A stretch of 63,409 nucleotides of DNA, counting the filler, from Octopus bimaculoides (taxonomy: Eukaryota): assembly GCF_001194135.2 (NCBI RefSeq). It is 3 parts of 2 records of this genome, joined end to end, with 100 filler letters (N's around TTAATTAATTAA, not from the genome) between each part and the next. Parts side by side here need not be neighbours in the genome. Positions count along the whole stretch, not along the records: positions 1 to 17,264 come from NC_068999.1; positions 17,365 to 33,469 come from NC_068984.1; 1 more part is not named here. The stretch is one strand, 5' to 3'. Below are positions 11,839-24,000 of the stretch, piece by piece. Each line of letters opens with the position of its first letter. The stretch's first letter is position 1. The translations under genes were made by a program, and so were the position numbers. The notes under the pieces were generated by a model. That model was not told where the DNA came from, ran no database searches, and was given only the letters and a program-made list of their open reading frames with translations.

Positions 11839-12453
11839 GTTTAAAGCATGTACTTCTAGAAAGAAATCTTGAAAATGAGAAGGTTACAGCCAAGTACGCA
11901 CTTTAAAATCAAGTAGGGAAAAAAAATGATACACAACTGAAATTCTGAAAAACTTTTTATTTGTAGAATTGTAATCTCAGGTGTTTAAAAACATTGACAT
12001 TCAAAGAAATATATAAAACATAAAACAGCTATGTGGTATGTTTATCCAAAACTTGTCAAACAGTCATAAAATGGCACCAGACATTCCAACCTTGTACCAT
12101 TGCATCAACATGGAATATCTAATTTCCTGTGAACAATAATTGAATATCTGCTCTTCAATTTGAATCTGTGAGGTGACACCCCCAAGAGGTTCTAGACTGT
12201 TAAGAAACTTGTTATAGTTTAGTTTCTTTTGGATTTAAAATATAACCTACAGACTAATGTAAAATTTCAATTCTATTCAAAGTTAATTCACATTTTTACC
12301 CCAGTCAGTGTAAATGTGTGTATGTGTCTGTCTGTCTGTGTGTAAATGTATGTGTATATATGTATATATATATATATATATATATGATACAGATAAGATG
12401 ATTTTTTTTTAATGCAGGATTGTCATTAGAAGAGCAGAGAGACTGAGTAAATT

Positions 12454-12545
12454 ACCCTTACAAAGTGGAAAAATTTGTCAACAAATAGCCATGGCACTCG
12501 GAGTCCCTGGCTGTTTGTTGAGAAATTTTTCCACTTTGTAAAGGT
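12454..12545. repeat. Inverted repeat, 38-bp arms and 16-nt loop
   Basis: Arms 12454-12491 and 12508-12545 differ at 3 positions, one of which is a G-U pair on the + strand. Confidence 0.9.
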
Positions 12546-12789
12546 TAAATTACCCAGTATTTCTGCTGTTATAACAGCAATCCTGCATTTGAAAAAATTT
12601 GTATTGTACATTCTGACGCTTATTAAAAAAAAACAAATGTTAATTTGTGTGTGTGTGTGTGTGTGTGTGTGTTTATATTAGGGTTATCTGATGCTTCTCA
12701 GGTGACAACCTATAAAACAGTTTTGCCATGCTGCACACGTTTTAGAATTTATTTGTAAGCTTCACATTTTATTTACTTTTTAATGTAAT

Positions 12790-13750
12790 TCCAGAACTTC
12801 TTTATAAACAATGTTAAGCATTTTTCCAGAAGGATAGTACATAAAAAAAATCGTCTGGATTTTCATCTCTTGTACATGCAACATACAGTTGCCCGTAACA
12901 GATAGAACTTGTTCCTGATATTCATTTTAAGATATGGCTGAGTTTTACTGGTCACCATAGCCTTTTGAATATGAAAAGCATTTCAGTCTCAGATGGAATC
13001 AAGGGTATTCTGGTACAAATGCATTGTCAAAATAGCAGCTGCTTTTGAGCAAGAGTGACACAGTTTTGAATCTGGAGTTACCATCACCCATGACTTTATA
13101 AAAGAGTTAAGTTGATATGATTTTGTTGAATATCTTTCAATGAATTTGAAAAGGTACTTTAGTCTTTGTTCAAACTTGAAATGACTTGTTCATGAAGAGG
13201 ACATTGACCGATGAATATAACATTGGAGACTAATAAGAGTCTAAATGATATCAATTTTCTATTTAGAAATCTTTCTAACTCTGCAACAGATGACTGGCTG
13301 AGTACGATGATTAATAAGTAGTAAAAGAAGAAATGAACTACAACAAAGTAATACCCCAGAATGGCAATTGTATGGGCATTGCTGCTATTCATCGTGTGAA
13401 TGCAATAGGTGGACAGTGTGCACCAAGCTAAGGTATACGCCACTGAGACTGAGATGCTTTTGGTAAACAACAATTCAGGTGTGGCTATGGTTCTGGCTTA
13501 GAGACATTCAGCCATTATTGCTCAGATGCAGTCTGGCACCACCACTCTGTTAAGTGAGTGAAGAAACCATTGCTCTGAGCCTGTGACTCTTCTCATACTG
13601 AACATGGTAACTGTAGCCAAGTTGACATTGCCAGTGCCCACCTTAATTTAGCAGAAGCTTTGGCAGCATACTAAGCTTCTTAATCGCACAACCATGACCA
13701 TTGCAAAAGATATGTTAACAATTTTCGCTGACAGCAACCCAGTTGATAAT
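12790..13750 (-). pseudogene. Helitron Pif1-like helicase C-terminal relic
   Basis: STFSNSL...HINLTL, TRIPLIPSETEMLFIFKR (cf. PRIPLIPSDxPFxFKR), GQLYVACTR (cf. HGQLYVAxSR), NIVYKEVL; stops and frameshifts throughout. The 5' boundary is uncertain. Confidence 0.85.
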
Positions 13751-13859
13751 GGCCAAATGGTTTGAGAGGTAATAGTCCAGTGTTACTGACAAACTTCTCG
13801 GTATTCTTAAATCAGAAAGACATAAAAGACACCTATACAGGAGACACATAAAAATCAAA

Positions 13860-14009
13860 CAGTATACTCTGTAAAGTGGTTGACATTAGGAAGGATATCC
13901 AGCTGTAGAAACCATGCCAAAACAAATAGCTGGTGCCTGGTGCAGCTCTCTGGGTCACCAGTTGCAGTCAGACTGTCTAACCCATACAAACATGGAAAAT
14001 GAACTTTAA

Positions 14010-14044
<35 letters not shown>

Positions 14045-14045
14045 T
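13860..14045 (+). mobile_element. 3' part of a SINE/LINE-derived repeat with (GAT)n tail
   Basis: ctgtaaagtggttgacattaggaagg..atccagctgtagaaacc...aaatgatgatgatg, recalled as an octopus repeat. Confidence 0.5.
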
Positions 14046-14074
14046 ATGTCTGAAAGTAGAATGTATAGGGAAAA

Positions 14075-14500
14075 CTTTTTTACTTGTTTCAGTCATTGAA
14101 CTGCAGCACCACCTTGAAAGGCTTAGACAAACAAATTAATTCCAGTTCAATATTTATTCTATTAGTTCTTTTTGCCAAACTGCTAAGTCACAGACAGAAC
14201 CAAACCAACACCAGTTGTCAAGCAACAGTGGATGGCAGGGTGAACAGACACAAACACAAAGGCACCCTCACTTATGAGTATAAATATATTCTTTTATTCT
14301 TTTATTTGTTTCAGTCATATGATTGTGGCCATGCTGGAGCACTGCCTTTTTTAGTTGAGCAAATCTACCCCAGGACTTATTCTTTGTAAGCCTAGTACTT
14401 ATTCTATCGGTCTCTTTTACCAAACTGCTAAGTTACAGGGACATAAACACACCAGCATCAGTTGTCAAGCAATGTTGGGGAAACAAACACACACACACAA

Positions 14501-14540
<40 letters not shown>

Positions 14541-15595
14541 TAGACTTCTTTTAGTTTCCATCTACCTTATCCACTCACAAGGCTATAGTAGAACACACTT
14601 GCCCAAAGTGCCATGCAGTGGGACTGAACCTGGAACCATGTGGTTGGTAAGCAAGCAACTTACCACACAGCTACTACTTTCGGTCATGAATGATCATGGG
14701 ATTGCCCCTAGAAAGTTACTTTCCAAGGCACAAGTCTGGGCAAGGTTGTTTATCCATGCCTACCAACCTCTCCTCTCCATGCCACGAATATTATCCAAGG
14801 GAAAGACCAGTACAGCTTGGCACCAGTAACATCACAAATCATTTCTCCAGCTGAGTGAGAACTGAAGCAATGTGAAACAAAGAGTCCTGCTCAAGAACAT
14901 AACACACAGCCCAGTCTGTGAATCAAACTCACTGCCTCATGGTTGTGAGCCCAGTGCTCTAACCACTGAGCCATGTGTCTTCACATATATATATATGTTA
15001 TGGGGATAATGATAATAATGGAACAACCTTCCCATGTGACAAGTGGTATGTGCTAGTCGTTACAAATACTGTGACATCAAGAAGTCAGGGTATCAGTCAT
15101 AGATAGTCATGTCTGACTTGTCTAACTAACTATGCTGCTATACCAGAGTGGATGTTATAACAGTCCGACATTGGATTACAATATATTACACACACACACA
15201 CACACACAGAGTCTTCCACACAGTTTCTTATTTCTTTATTGCCCACAGGGGGCTAAACATAGAGAGGACAAACAAGGACAGACAAAGGGATTAAGTCGAT
15301 TACATCAACCCTAGTGCATAACTGGTACTTAATTTATTGATTCCGAAAGGATGAAAGGCAAAGTCGACCTCGGCGGAATTTGAACTCAGAACATAGTGGC
15401 AGACGAAATACCGCTAAGCATTTCACCCAGCGTACTAACGTTGCTGCCAGCTCACTGCCTTCCACACAGGTTCTGTCTACCAAATTCACTCACACTGCAT
15501 TGGTTGGTCCAGGACTAAAGTAGAACACACTTAGCCAAGGTGTTGTTCTGAGAGACTGAACCTGAAACTATATGGTTGATTCTTAACCACAAATC
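14075..15595 (-). mobile_element. Cluster of SINE-type repeats: family E (14075-14480), B (14535-14670, 15460-15595), C (14680-14985), A (15225-15460)
   Basis: Each matches other copies in the window. Families B and C have tRNA-like A/B-box heads. Confidence 0.75.
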
Positions 15596-16217
15596 TTCAC
15601 AATTTTTTTTTTTTTTGTATTTGAACACAGTAGACATATCTCCTCACTTGCTCATTAACTAAGTCAAGATACAAGTTATTAAACTACGTGTCCCTCTACA
15701 TCAAAACAAGAGCATCTTTTACTGTGTCTAATTCACATTCCTAATAACACTTTACAAAACATGTACTACTATGTCTTATATCATTCATGTTCAACTGTTG
15801 AAGCAATGAGAACCATTTAGTCATCCTAAAATGACTGATGAGTGACACGGTGACTTTATCTAAAGTGAAGAAGAGCTGTGCACCATCAAGTTCACTCTCT
15901 CATCCATCACCATCAACTCCCATCTGCACAAGCAAACCCTAATATGTTACTTAACCCATAACTGGGTTCATGACATGTGTGACTACTCTGAGTCACAGAA
16001 AACCTGAGAACAACAGTGGCTAAGAGGTGATTCTTAACTCCTTAAAAACCCTGGAATTCACAAACCATGGCCTCACTGCCAGATACAGTTTAAAGTCATA
16101 TTTAGACATACAACTCTGAAGAATCACATACCAGATACCTAAGTTTATAGTAATCTTCATTCTACTACCCCTACTACTTTCAGTTATGTTTCTCTGGGGG
16201 GATACTATAACTAAATA

Positions 16218-16730
16218 CAGGGTGTCCTGGAATTAACTATCTATTTCAATGAGACTGGACGATTTTAAAAAAAAACTCACTATTTATGTTTAACATTTTT
16301 TATATGTGTTAAAAGTGTATAAAATTTTACTTTTGTTTATAATTTTATAATTTTTTTTTCTTTTGGATAATTTTATTTTCATTCCTGTCCACAACAGCTT
16401 TTTTTTCAATTCGGCTGCAATCATTTTCCCTACTTCCATTCCCAGGATGGAGTAATAGTTTAGCTGAACTAAAAGAATGCATTCAATTAGCAGTACCAGA
16501 GATAATTCTTGAAATGCTTCAAAATGTGTTTCACAACACTGAGGATAGATCTGAAATTTGCAGGGATACAGACGGAGCACATATTGAAAATTTTCAATAA
16601 AGTCTTGACATCAGATATCTAAATCTATTAGTTTTGGTATCATAATTAAGTAATAAACATAAAATTCCATCAATTTTTTAAAAACTTGCCCAATTTCATT
16701 GAAATAGATAATTAATTCTGGGACACCCTG
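16218..16730 (+). mobile_element. Non-autonomous Tc1/mariner element retaining the transposase C-terminus
   Basis: ~55-bp imperfect TIRs (cagggtgtcc...), TA on both sides, internal EMLQNVFHNTEDRSEICRDTDGAHIENFQ*. Confidence 0.85.
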
Positions 16731-16896
16731 TATTATATATAAGGAAAATTTTGTAAAATTCTTTAAGCACATGTCTATGGCTTTAAGCTAAGAATCATCA
16801 CCTGAGACAAGAACAACAACACCATCAATAATAAATAACAGCAGTAGTTATATATAAGCCTTCCTCTAAGGCATTCAAGTTTCAACAATACACATA

Positions 16897-17062
16897 GGCG
16901 CAGGCATGACTATGTGGTAAGAAGCTTGCTTCCCAACCACATGGTTAAGGTTTAGTCCCACTGCATGGCATCTTGGGCAAGTGTCTTCTACTATAGCCTC
17001 AGGCTTATCAAAGCCTTGTGAGTGGATTTGGTAGATGGAAACTGAAAGAAGTCTGTTGTATA
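16897..17062 (+). mobile_element. tRNA-derived SINE family B
   Basis: ggcgcaggcatgactatgtggtaagaagcttgcttccc...gaaactgaaagaag; other copies at 19945-20100 and 33812-33925. Confidence 0.8.
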
Positions 17063-17264
17063 TATATGTCTCTCAAATATTTAAAATCTACAATTAAGAG
17101 CCCTATCTACTCGCTGACGGTACCTACCCACCCCTACCCATTTTCCTTTATTCAAAAATTCTTATCGCTCCTTAAAATTATGGCTTTTAAATGTTGATTT
17201 CTCAGCGCAAGAATTACAGCGTGATGTGCTGCTTGACTGGTCCCCCCCTCTCTCTCTCTCTTTA

Positions 17265-17364
17265 NNNNNNNNNNNNNNNNNNNNNNNNNNNNNNNNNNNN
17301 NNNNNNNNTTAATTAATTAANNNNNNNNNNNNNNNNNNNNNNNNNNNNNNNNNNNNNNNNNNNN
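17265..17364. other. Artificial 100-bp scaffold spacer (N44-TTAATTAATTAA-N44)
   Basis: An identical construct lies at 33470-33569; the 12-mer puts stops in all six frames. Confidence 0.9.
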
Positions 17365-17372
17365 TCTCTCTC

Positions 17373-17411
<39 letters not shown>

Positions 17412-18810
17412 AAAACTGAGATCGACTGGAAATAACTGATGTATCATTTTACAAATTGTGTGCAGACAATAGCTTTTTAAAGCTATGTCAATGTTTTGGA
17501 ATCATCTCATTTTTGTTAGACCCTCCAGTGTTCACATTGTCAGTTACCATTCTCTTTGTGAAGAATCCATCTGGTTTAAGCTGGATGTGCTAGAAATAGC
17601 AGCCAAATCCTTGTGAGCAGACAATATTTTCATTTAAAAATATTGTCACTTCACATTATCAATAATGATGGTAACTTAAATGGGGTATATAATGATTGCC
17701 ATGGAAGCAAATGATACAAATTCATTTAGCATTAGTGTTGTTTCAGGAAATTACATTATCAATATTGATAATGTTTTAATAATAAAGTAAAATATAAGGA
17801 TTAGGCAAGATGATACTGTTGAATGTATGTTGCTGCTGCTGCTGCTGCTACTCACAAATACTTAGACTTTAGAATGCAATGTTTTGCGATTTTCCACAGA
17901 TTCTTTATAGAATACCTCTGAATTATGAATTAATCACCAACGATGCTATATAATTCATCATATTACAAAAAAAAAAAAAAAAAAAAGCAAAACAAAACTA
18001 AAAACTAAAATGGTAGTCTTTCGAGCCCAAGAAAGATGGTTCTGCAATTTCTTACTGTACAACTTGCACAGATGATTGTTAATAATGATGAGGTGTTTAT
18101 CCATCAAATCAACATTGCCTCTACAAGGGCACTGTGTGCCACATGTCTGATACCAATATGATCACAGAGCAACATAAAATGAAGTGTTTTGATTTAAAAA
18201 AAAAAGAAAAGACACACACAGTCCTGTTCGGGAATCAAACCCACGATCGGGTGTGCATCACTTTAAACACTAAGCCCTGCACAAATATCTTGTACTAAAT
18301 AAAAATAAAGTTTGTTCATTGCTACCCATGTTAAATAATTTCTTACTGTAAATGTATTTTGTAATTTTAGTACATAAACAAAAATTACAAAATTTATTAG
18401 TTCCTTGTTCAACTGTGTGAATCTTTGTAAAGTTTTCTGGAAAAAATACTCATTGCTTCAGAATTCTATATTCCTTTTGAAATTTTGTGTATATTATTCA
18501 ATATATTATTTTGCAAATACTTAATTTTGATTATGTTAAGGTGTTTTAGGAATTCTAAACTTTTATTTTTAGGTTTCATTAAATCACAATTTCTTAATGT
18601 TCAGAAAAAAAAAAAAAATCTCCTGTTAGTTTTTAAATGTGGGAACTGTTCCTATTGAATTAATTTATAAACATAAAATTGATTTAATAATGTAAAAATA
18701 TTCTAGGGTTTGATTTAAATGTATTATATAATCATGATAAATTCTGAAAATTGACATATTTCTTTTAGCTTTACTGAATTTAAAAAATGTCCTGTATATA
18801 TATTAAAAAA

Positions 18811-18830
18811 ATGCCTCTGTTCATCATGAG
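18811..18830 (+). CDS. Unnamed gene, candidate first coding segment (MPLFIMR) within exon 18769-18830
   Basis: tttcttttag acceptor at 18768, AAAATG context, AG|gtaaaa donor; phase 2 joins in frame to the next exon. Confidence 0.5.
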
Positions 18831-19791
18831 GTAAAATAATTTTGTTCTAGACTTTTTATTTGCTTCAAGTTGTACATGCTTAATGATTAAGATTTTATGT
18901 TTGGATTGGAAAATATCTCTTTATTTCAATATCAATGTGCATTGAACTTTTGATATACACATCCCTAGCGTTGTCATCATCATATTTTATACCTTTATTT
19001 TTCCATGTTGCAGTCTTTTGTCATCTGCCACTTACACCAATTAGTCCTTCTTGTTTATGTATTTTTGACATGATTCTTATAGTAGGTCACCCTTCCTTTC
19101 AATAACCAATTTTATAGTGTAGAATTTAGTTTGTGTTATCAGTTTCTGTACATTATCTTCAATTTTGCTTTATCTCTTATCTTTGCATCAATGGTATTTG
19201 AATATAGTTTAGCAAGGACAGGCGTCTTATACAAGGAATTTGCATTGAACTCTTGAAGTGGGTTCTCAAGTTGTGTTGCTTCATTGATTCTCTTCAATTT
19301 AAACTGTGGGATTGTTTTAATATGAAAACTTTATTCCACAAAGGCATATCATTTTGGTTGCATAAATTTTTCTGCTATCTTTGCTGTTGTATCTCTTTTG
19401 AATAGAAATTTCTATTGCACTTTCATTTTGATCTTTAGGGGTTGTTCTTATTCATCTTTGTGAGTCCTTTCACAGATTAATACCTAGATATATCAACATT
19501 GAACCAGAACACCAAAACACTAAATAAGACTGTTGTTCTGTTATTTGATCCAGATAAACCCATTCACTCAAATGGCTGCAACATCTTTTGCTTATACTGT
19601 GTACTACATTCTGAACTTCTAATTTGCTATAATATCAACTGAATTATATTACCCACATGCTTTAAAATAAGCATTTTGGAGACAAACCAGTTACCATGTT
19701 GTACTTTTCAGAACTAAACATTGTACATATTTCTGTATGCTAGATCTTTAGGTCTCTCTCAAACATTAATTTGCTTATTTCTGTTTCACAG

Positions 19792-19848
19792 GTTTGTAAA
19801 AGATGCAGAAGTAGGGAAGAGAAAAGCTTTTAAAAGTGGCTTGTTTTG
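19792..19848 (+). CDS. Unnamed gene exon (FVKDAEVGKRKAFKSGLFW)
   Basis: Strong ctgtttcacag acceptor, open frame, TG|gtagat donor; phase 2 to phase 2. Confidence 0.6.
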
Positions 19849-20516
19849 GTAGATTTTCTATATGATATTTTGGTGATTGAAGAAATAACAGCCCTTGTGG
19901 AATCCATTATGGTTAAGTTGCACTGGCATTATTGGGTGGGATACAGGCATTCATTATGCAGTTAAGAAGTTCACTTCATTGCTACAAAGCTTTTGGTTAA
20001 ATCCCACTGCATGGCTTTTTGTGCAAGTGCCTCAGATTCACTAATGCCCGGTGAGTGGAATTTGGTTGATAGAAACTGTGGAAGCAGGTCGTGTGTGTAT
20101 GTGTATATTACATATATCTTTCACTGATGTATGTTGGTGAGGAATATAAACATCAGAGAGAAAACTGAAAATACTAATGCTTTCAAATAAACGATGTATC
20201 TAAGATGCACTGGCAAATCACTTGTCTTTCCCATTAGAATTGTTGCAAAATTCTGACTGGCTCCTTGGAAAACTGCAAGGAAGGACACTGTTATTTGCCA
20301 AATATAATTTATAAAACAATATAAACCAATAAATTGCATCTGGTGAGGAATGATTTTGTGAATAGTTTAATGTGAAATAACTTTTGTTCATTAGTCATAT
20401 GTGGCCCAAATCTAAATCAAAATTTTCCATTCTTTTACTTAGATCTTCAAAATCAAACTGCCTGGTGCTTTCTCAATTAGACTTATTAGGTTACAAAAAT
20501 ATTTTATCGATAATTA

Positions 20517-21676
20517 TTGGATATTCCCATAAATAATACTATTTTTTTATACTTCTTTTATTTTTCAAAATTAAGATAAACAAAGTTCTTTTTAAATCTA
20601 AAATGTACTCTCCTTCATTTTCTGCAATGCTCTTCCATCTATTTGGTAGACTTGCAAGGCCCCTCTTCCAAAATTCACTTGTCTGTGATGAAAAATACTC
20701 TTCCATTACTGTTCTGACTTCGTCTACAGAGTTCATATTTTTCTCCATCCAAATGATTTTGAAGACTGTAGAATAAATGATAACCAGATGGGGCAATGTC
20801 CAGCGAATATGGTGGATGGGGCATCGTTTCCCATTCAAACTGCTTTAGCCCTTGGAATGTCATCCTCACTGTATGTGGCTGAGCATTAGCCTGATGGAAG
20901 AATATGTTTCGTGCTGAAAGCAAAGACAGTCATTTTTCTTCTAGTGCTGACTTAAGCCACTCAAGCTGCTTGCAGTAGATCTCCTTTGTTATTGTTTGGT
21001 TTGGGTTTAAAAGTTCAAAGTGGACTAAACCTTTCATATCTCTCCAAACAGATAACAACACCTTATGTAGGTGAAGACCTTCTTTAGCCTGAGGTGCCAG
21101 TGTTTCTCCTTTCCCTACCCACTGTCTTCAGCGCTTGACATTTTTATAGAAAACCCATTGACCCAATTTGCTGACTTTTCCGATGGCACGCAGGTGTCAA
21201 CGAAAGGTTGAGTGACCAAATCCAAGCTTCTCTGCTAGTTCCTCAACAGTTATGATGTGATTTTGTTCCACCAGGATTTGCAAGATGTCCTCATCGAGTT
21301 CTACAGATCTTCCAGGAAGAGCCTCATCTAAGCTGTAGTTTCTGGCTTGGAATTTCTGGAACCACCATTGACACTGGCTTACACTTATTGTCCAATCCCC
21401 ATCTACTGCATTAATATTCCTCACACTTTCTGTTGCATTGTTGCCTTTATTGAACTCACAAAGCAAAATATACCGAATATGCTCCTTAGTCACTTCCACT
21501 CTGAAAAAATAACTGTTAAAATCGAACTGCATTCTTCAAAACTTGCACTAAGAATAAGAACAAGGTAAAATTACTACCTGCTTTTATAGCAAGTTGATGC
21601 AAGTAGTTTATCTTGTCTCCCTCTGACTTTTAGTTCATGCAATTGAAAAAACTGCATTATTTATGGGCTGACCCAA
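20517..21676 (-). mobile_element. Near-full-length decayed mariner (DD34D) transposon
   Basis: TIRs ttgg...cccataaataat with flanking TA; EHIRYILLCEFNKG...SQCQWWFQKF, HPPYSLDIAPSGYHLF (cf. HPPYSPDLAPSDYHLF), LPNRWKSIAENEGEY. Confidence 0.93.
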
Positions 21677-22624
21677 TACTTAATAGCTTATTGGAAGAGC
21701 ATGTGTATATTAACTCTTGAGAGATGAAGATTTAACTGAAATGAATCATTGACATCTAATTTTTGAAGGTAAAGCCTTCTGATTATGAATGCCTTGTCTA
21801 ATTTGTACAATGCTAAGCCTTTAATTGTATATAAATTTTCAATCTTTGAGCAACTATAGTTTTACTAATAACTGAATTATAATTAATAAATTATTTATTC
21901 TGTATCTTTGATGGGTCTGTGCAGTGACATGTTTCTAGGTTGTATGATGTTAACTTTCTAAACTGACTTAATTAAACCTCAAATTTATCTAGGTACAGCA
22001 CTGTTCAGTATACCTATCGCTATCAGACTTCAAAAAATCTGTACTCTTTCAAAAATAATACCAGTTTAGGAATATAGAATAACCGTTACCTCTTTTGTAT
22101 CCATTAGATTGTATACAGCAATTCTTCTGTTGCTGTTATAGACTTTTAAAGCTCTTTTCATTGTCAATGCATCAGCAGAGTTTTTATGGAAGCAATTATT
22201 TCCTAAGTTTCCATCTTGTTAAATCATGCACTAGCATCTAAGTAATAACTAATTGATCAACCCTAGTGATCAGAGTACTCTTTGAGCTTCATTTTTAGTC
22301 ACACTTAACTTGTGATGGATCTAAACCTGTAATAGTTGCTATTTGGTATCATTTTGCATTACTTGTATTCCTTTATTAAAAGTTTTAAACTTCATGCCTA
22401 TCAAAGACCATGCTAATGTTTTCTTTCCTTGAGAAGCTCTTGAACTGTAGCAGATAGGCTTGGAAATAAAGGTGCAACTTGCTTATGGTAGTGTGAGTTT
22501 TCTGTCATTTTAATATTAATGATAATAGTAATAATAATTATAATAATCGTTTCTAATCTAGGCACAAGGCAATGATGATGATAATAATAATAATAATAGT
22601 AATAATAATAATAATAATAATAAT

Positions 22625-22783
22625 GATAATTTCAAATTTTGCCACAAGGGCAGCAAATTTAGGGGAGGGGACTAGTCAATCACATTGACCTCAGTACTTG
22701 ACTGGTACTTAATTTATTGATTCCGAAAGGATGAAAGGCCAAGTTGACCTTGGCAGAATTTGAACTCAGAATGGAGTGACAGG

Positions 22784-22785
<2 letters not shown>
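22625..22785 (-). mobile_element. SINE family A copy between (AAT)n tracts
   Basis: Family core in reverse orientation. Confidence 0.8.
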
Positions 22786-22843
<58 letters not shown>

Positions 22844-23148
22844 GGTGATCATGGAAAGGAAGTTGTCAAAAGACAATTTTGGCAACAAAATTTTGTAAGA
22901 TAATCAGTGAGCTGACAAAACCTTCTAGTAAGAAGTATAATGCTTGAATATATTAATTTAACTTTACCTTATCTTGTAGGGCAAAAGTAACTTCTTGAAT
23001 GTACTTTATACTAAATTTAACAATATAGCTTTGATGTGTTTTCTTTTTAATATATTAAAAATATATTCAGTGTTTTTTAATAAACATGAGAATGGAATAA
23101 AAATGTGATAATGAACTTACCTCATACTTTTATTCCTTCTTTGTATAG

Positions 23149-23233
23149 GTGTACAGGCACAGTTTTAAAATGTGGATTATATTTAATGTTCAACTTTAAT
23201 CTGTCCTCCAATAAAATCAAAAACTTTTGCTTG
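23149..23233 (+). CDS. Unnamed gene, candidate exon (CTGTVLKCGLYLMFNFNLSSNKIKNFCL)
   Basis: Long polypyrimidine acceptor (cttttattccttctttgtatag), open frame in the phase required by the previous exon, TTG|gttagt donor. Confidence 0.45.
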
Positions 23234-23656
23234 GTTAGTGTAGAGATAGACTTCTGGCTTAGTTTTGTTTCTTAATTGTTGCCATTTCACTTCACTAATG
23301 TTCCTAATTCTCTTGAGAAAGGCATATCCATCAGCTAATCAAATGTCTTTTCTTTCTTTACATATCTGAAGCTGTAAGTCTATGTAAGAAATTAATTTTA
23401 CTTCTCTGAAAAGGATTCTAATAGTCATTATTTCATTTGTTTTAATGTTTGAGAAAGGTTGCTGTCTCATGTGCCAATTTCTTCTTATAGTATTAAAGCT
23501 ATGAAGTAATAGGCACAATGTCACAGTATCAAAAATAATCTCATCAATAACTAGGGTACTTACTAGTATGTTAAACACTCCTCATTTGTTTGTAATATTA
23601 TTTCAGTTTGTATTTTTACTATCAGATTTCTCCACACCAATTTTGGGTTTGGTTAG

Positions 23657-24000
23657 GGATGTTTTGGCACAGCCCATTTGGCAACAGACAATTCATTTGG
23701 CATTGGATTTTTGGCTCTGGGAAAATTCTGTTTTTATCCTATGCAAAAACTAACTTTCTGAGCCACATTATTCATAATTATCAAATGAAAAATTGAATAA
23801 AGTTAAATTTTTGATAAATCAGATTAGTAATCTTTTCTGTTATTTATAATAATTTTTTTTCGTATTTGTGTCATATAAATGGAGATAACTTACTTTTTAA
23901 CTATTCCAGTTAATAATTAATTATACTTTCTCTTTCTGTCTTTGTTTTTTCTTTCTCTTTGTGTATATAATTGCTGCCTGTCTTCAGTGCCAAAACATCC
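23657..24000. mobile_element. MITE-like element
   Basis: Perfect 14-bp inverted ends ggatgttttggcac / gtgccaaaacatcc; no TSD recognised. Confidence 0.5.

Noticed and set aside
13159-13473. 104-aa - strand ORF as a host membrane protein
   Set aside because: It lies within the Helitron helicase relic in an alternative frame.
15834-15860. CTGATGA followed by a short stem (also 4810-4828 on the - strand and 25193 in the exon)
   Set aside because: No correctly placed GAAA with helices I and III, so not hammerheads.
17309-17320. TTAATTAATTAA island between N runs (again at 33514-33525)
   Set aside because: Identical N44-12mer-N44 layout at both sites; a scaffolding linker with stops in six frames, not biology.
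18900-19700. Possible Gypsy RNase H/integrase relic on the - strand (also 15700-16140 on +)
   Set aside because: Only vague motif resemblance; not supportable without an HMM search.
21993-22079. Alternative + strand exon after exon 2 (WYSTVQYTYRYQ...)
   Set aside because: Runs into a stop with only a weak internal donor.
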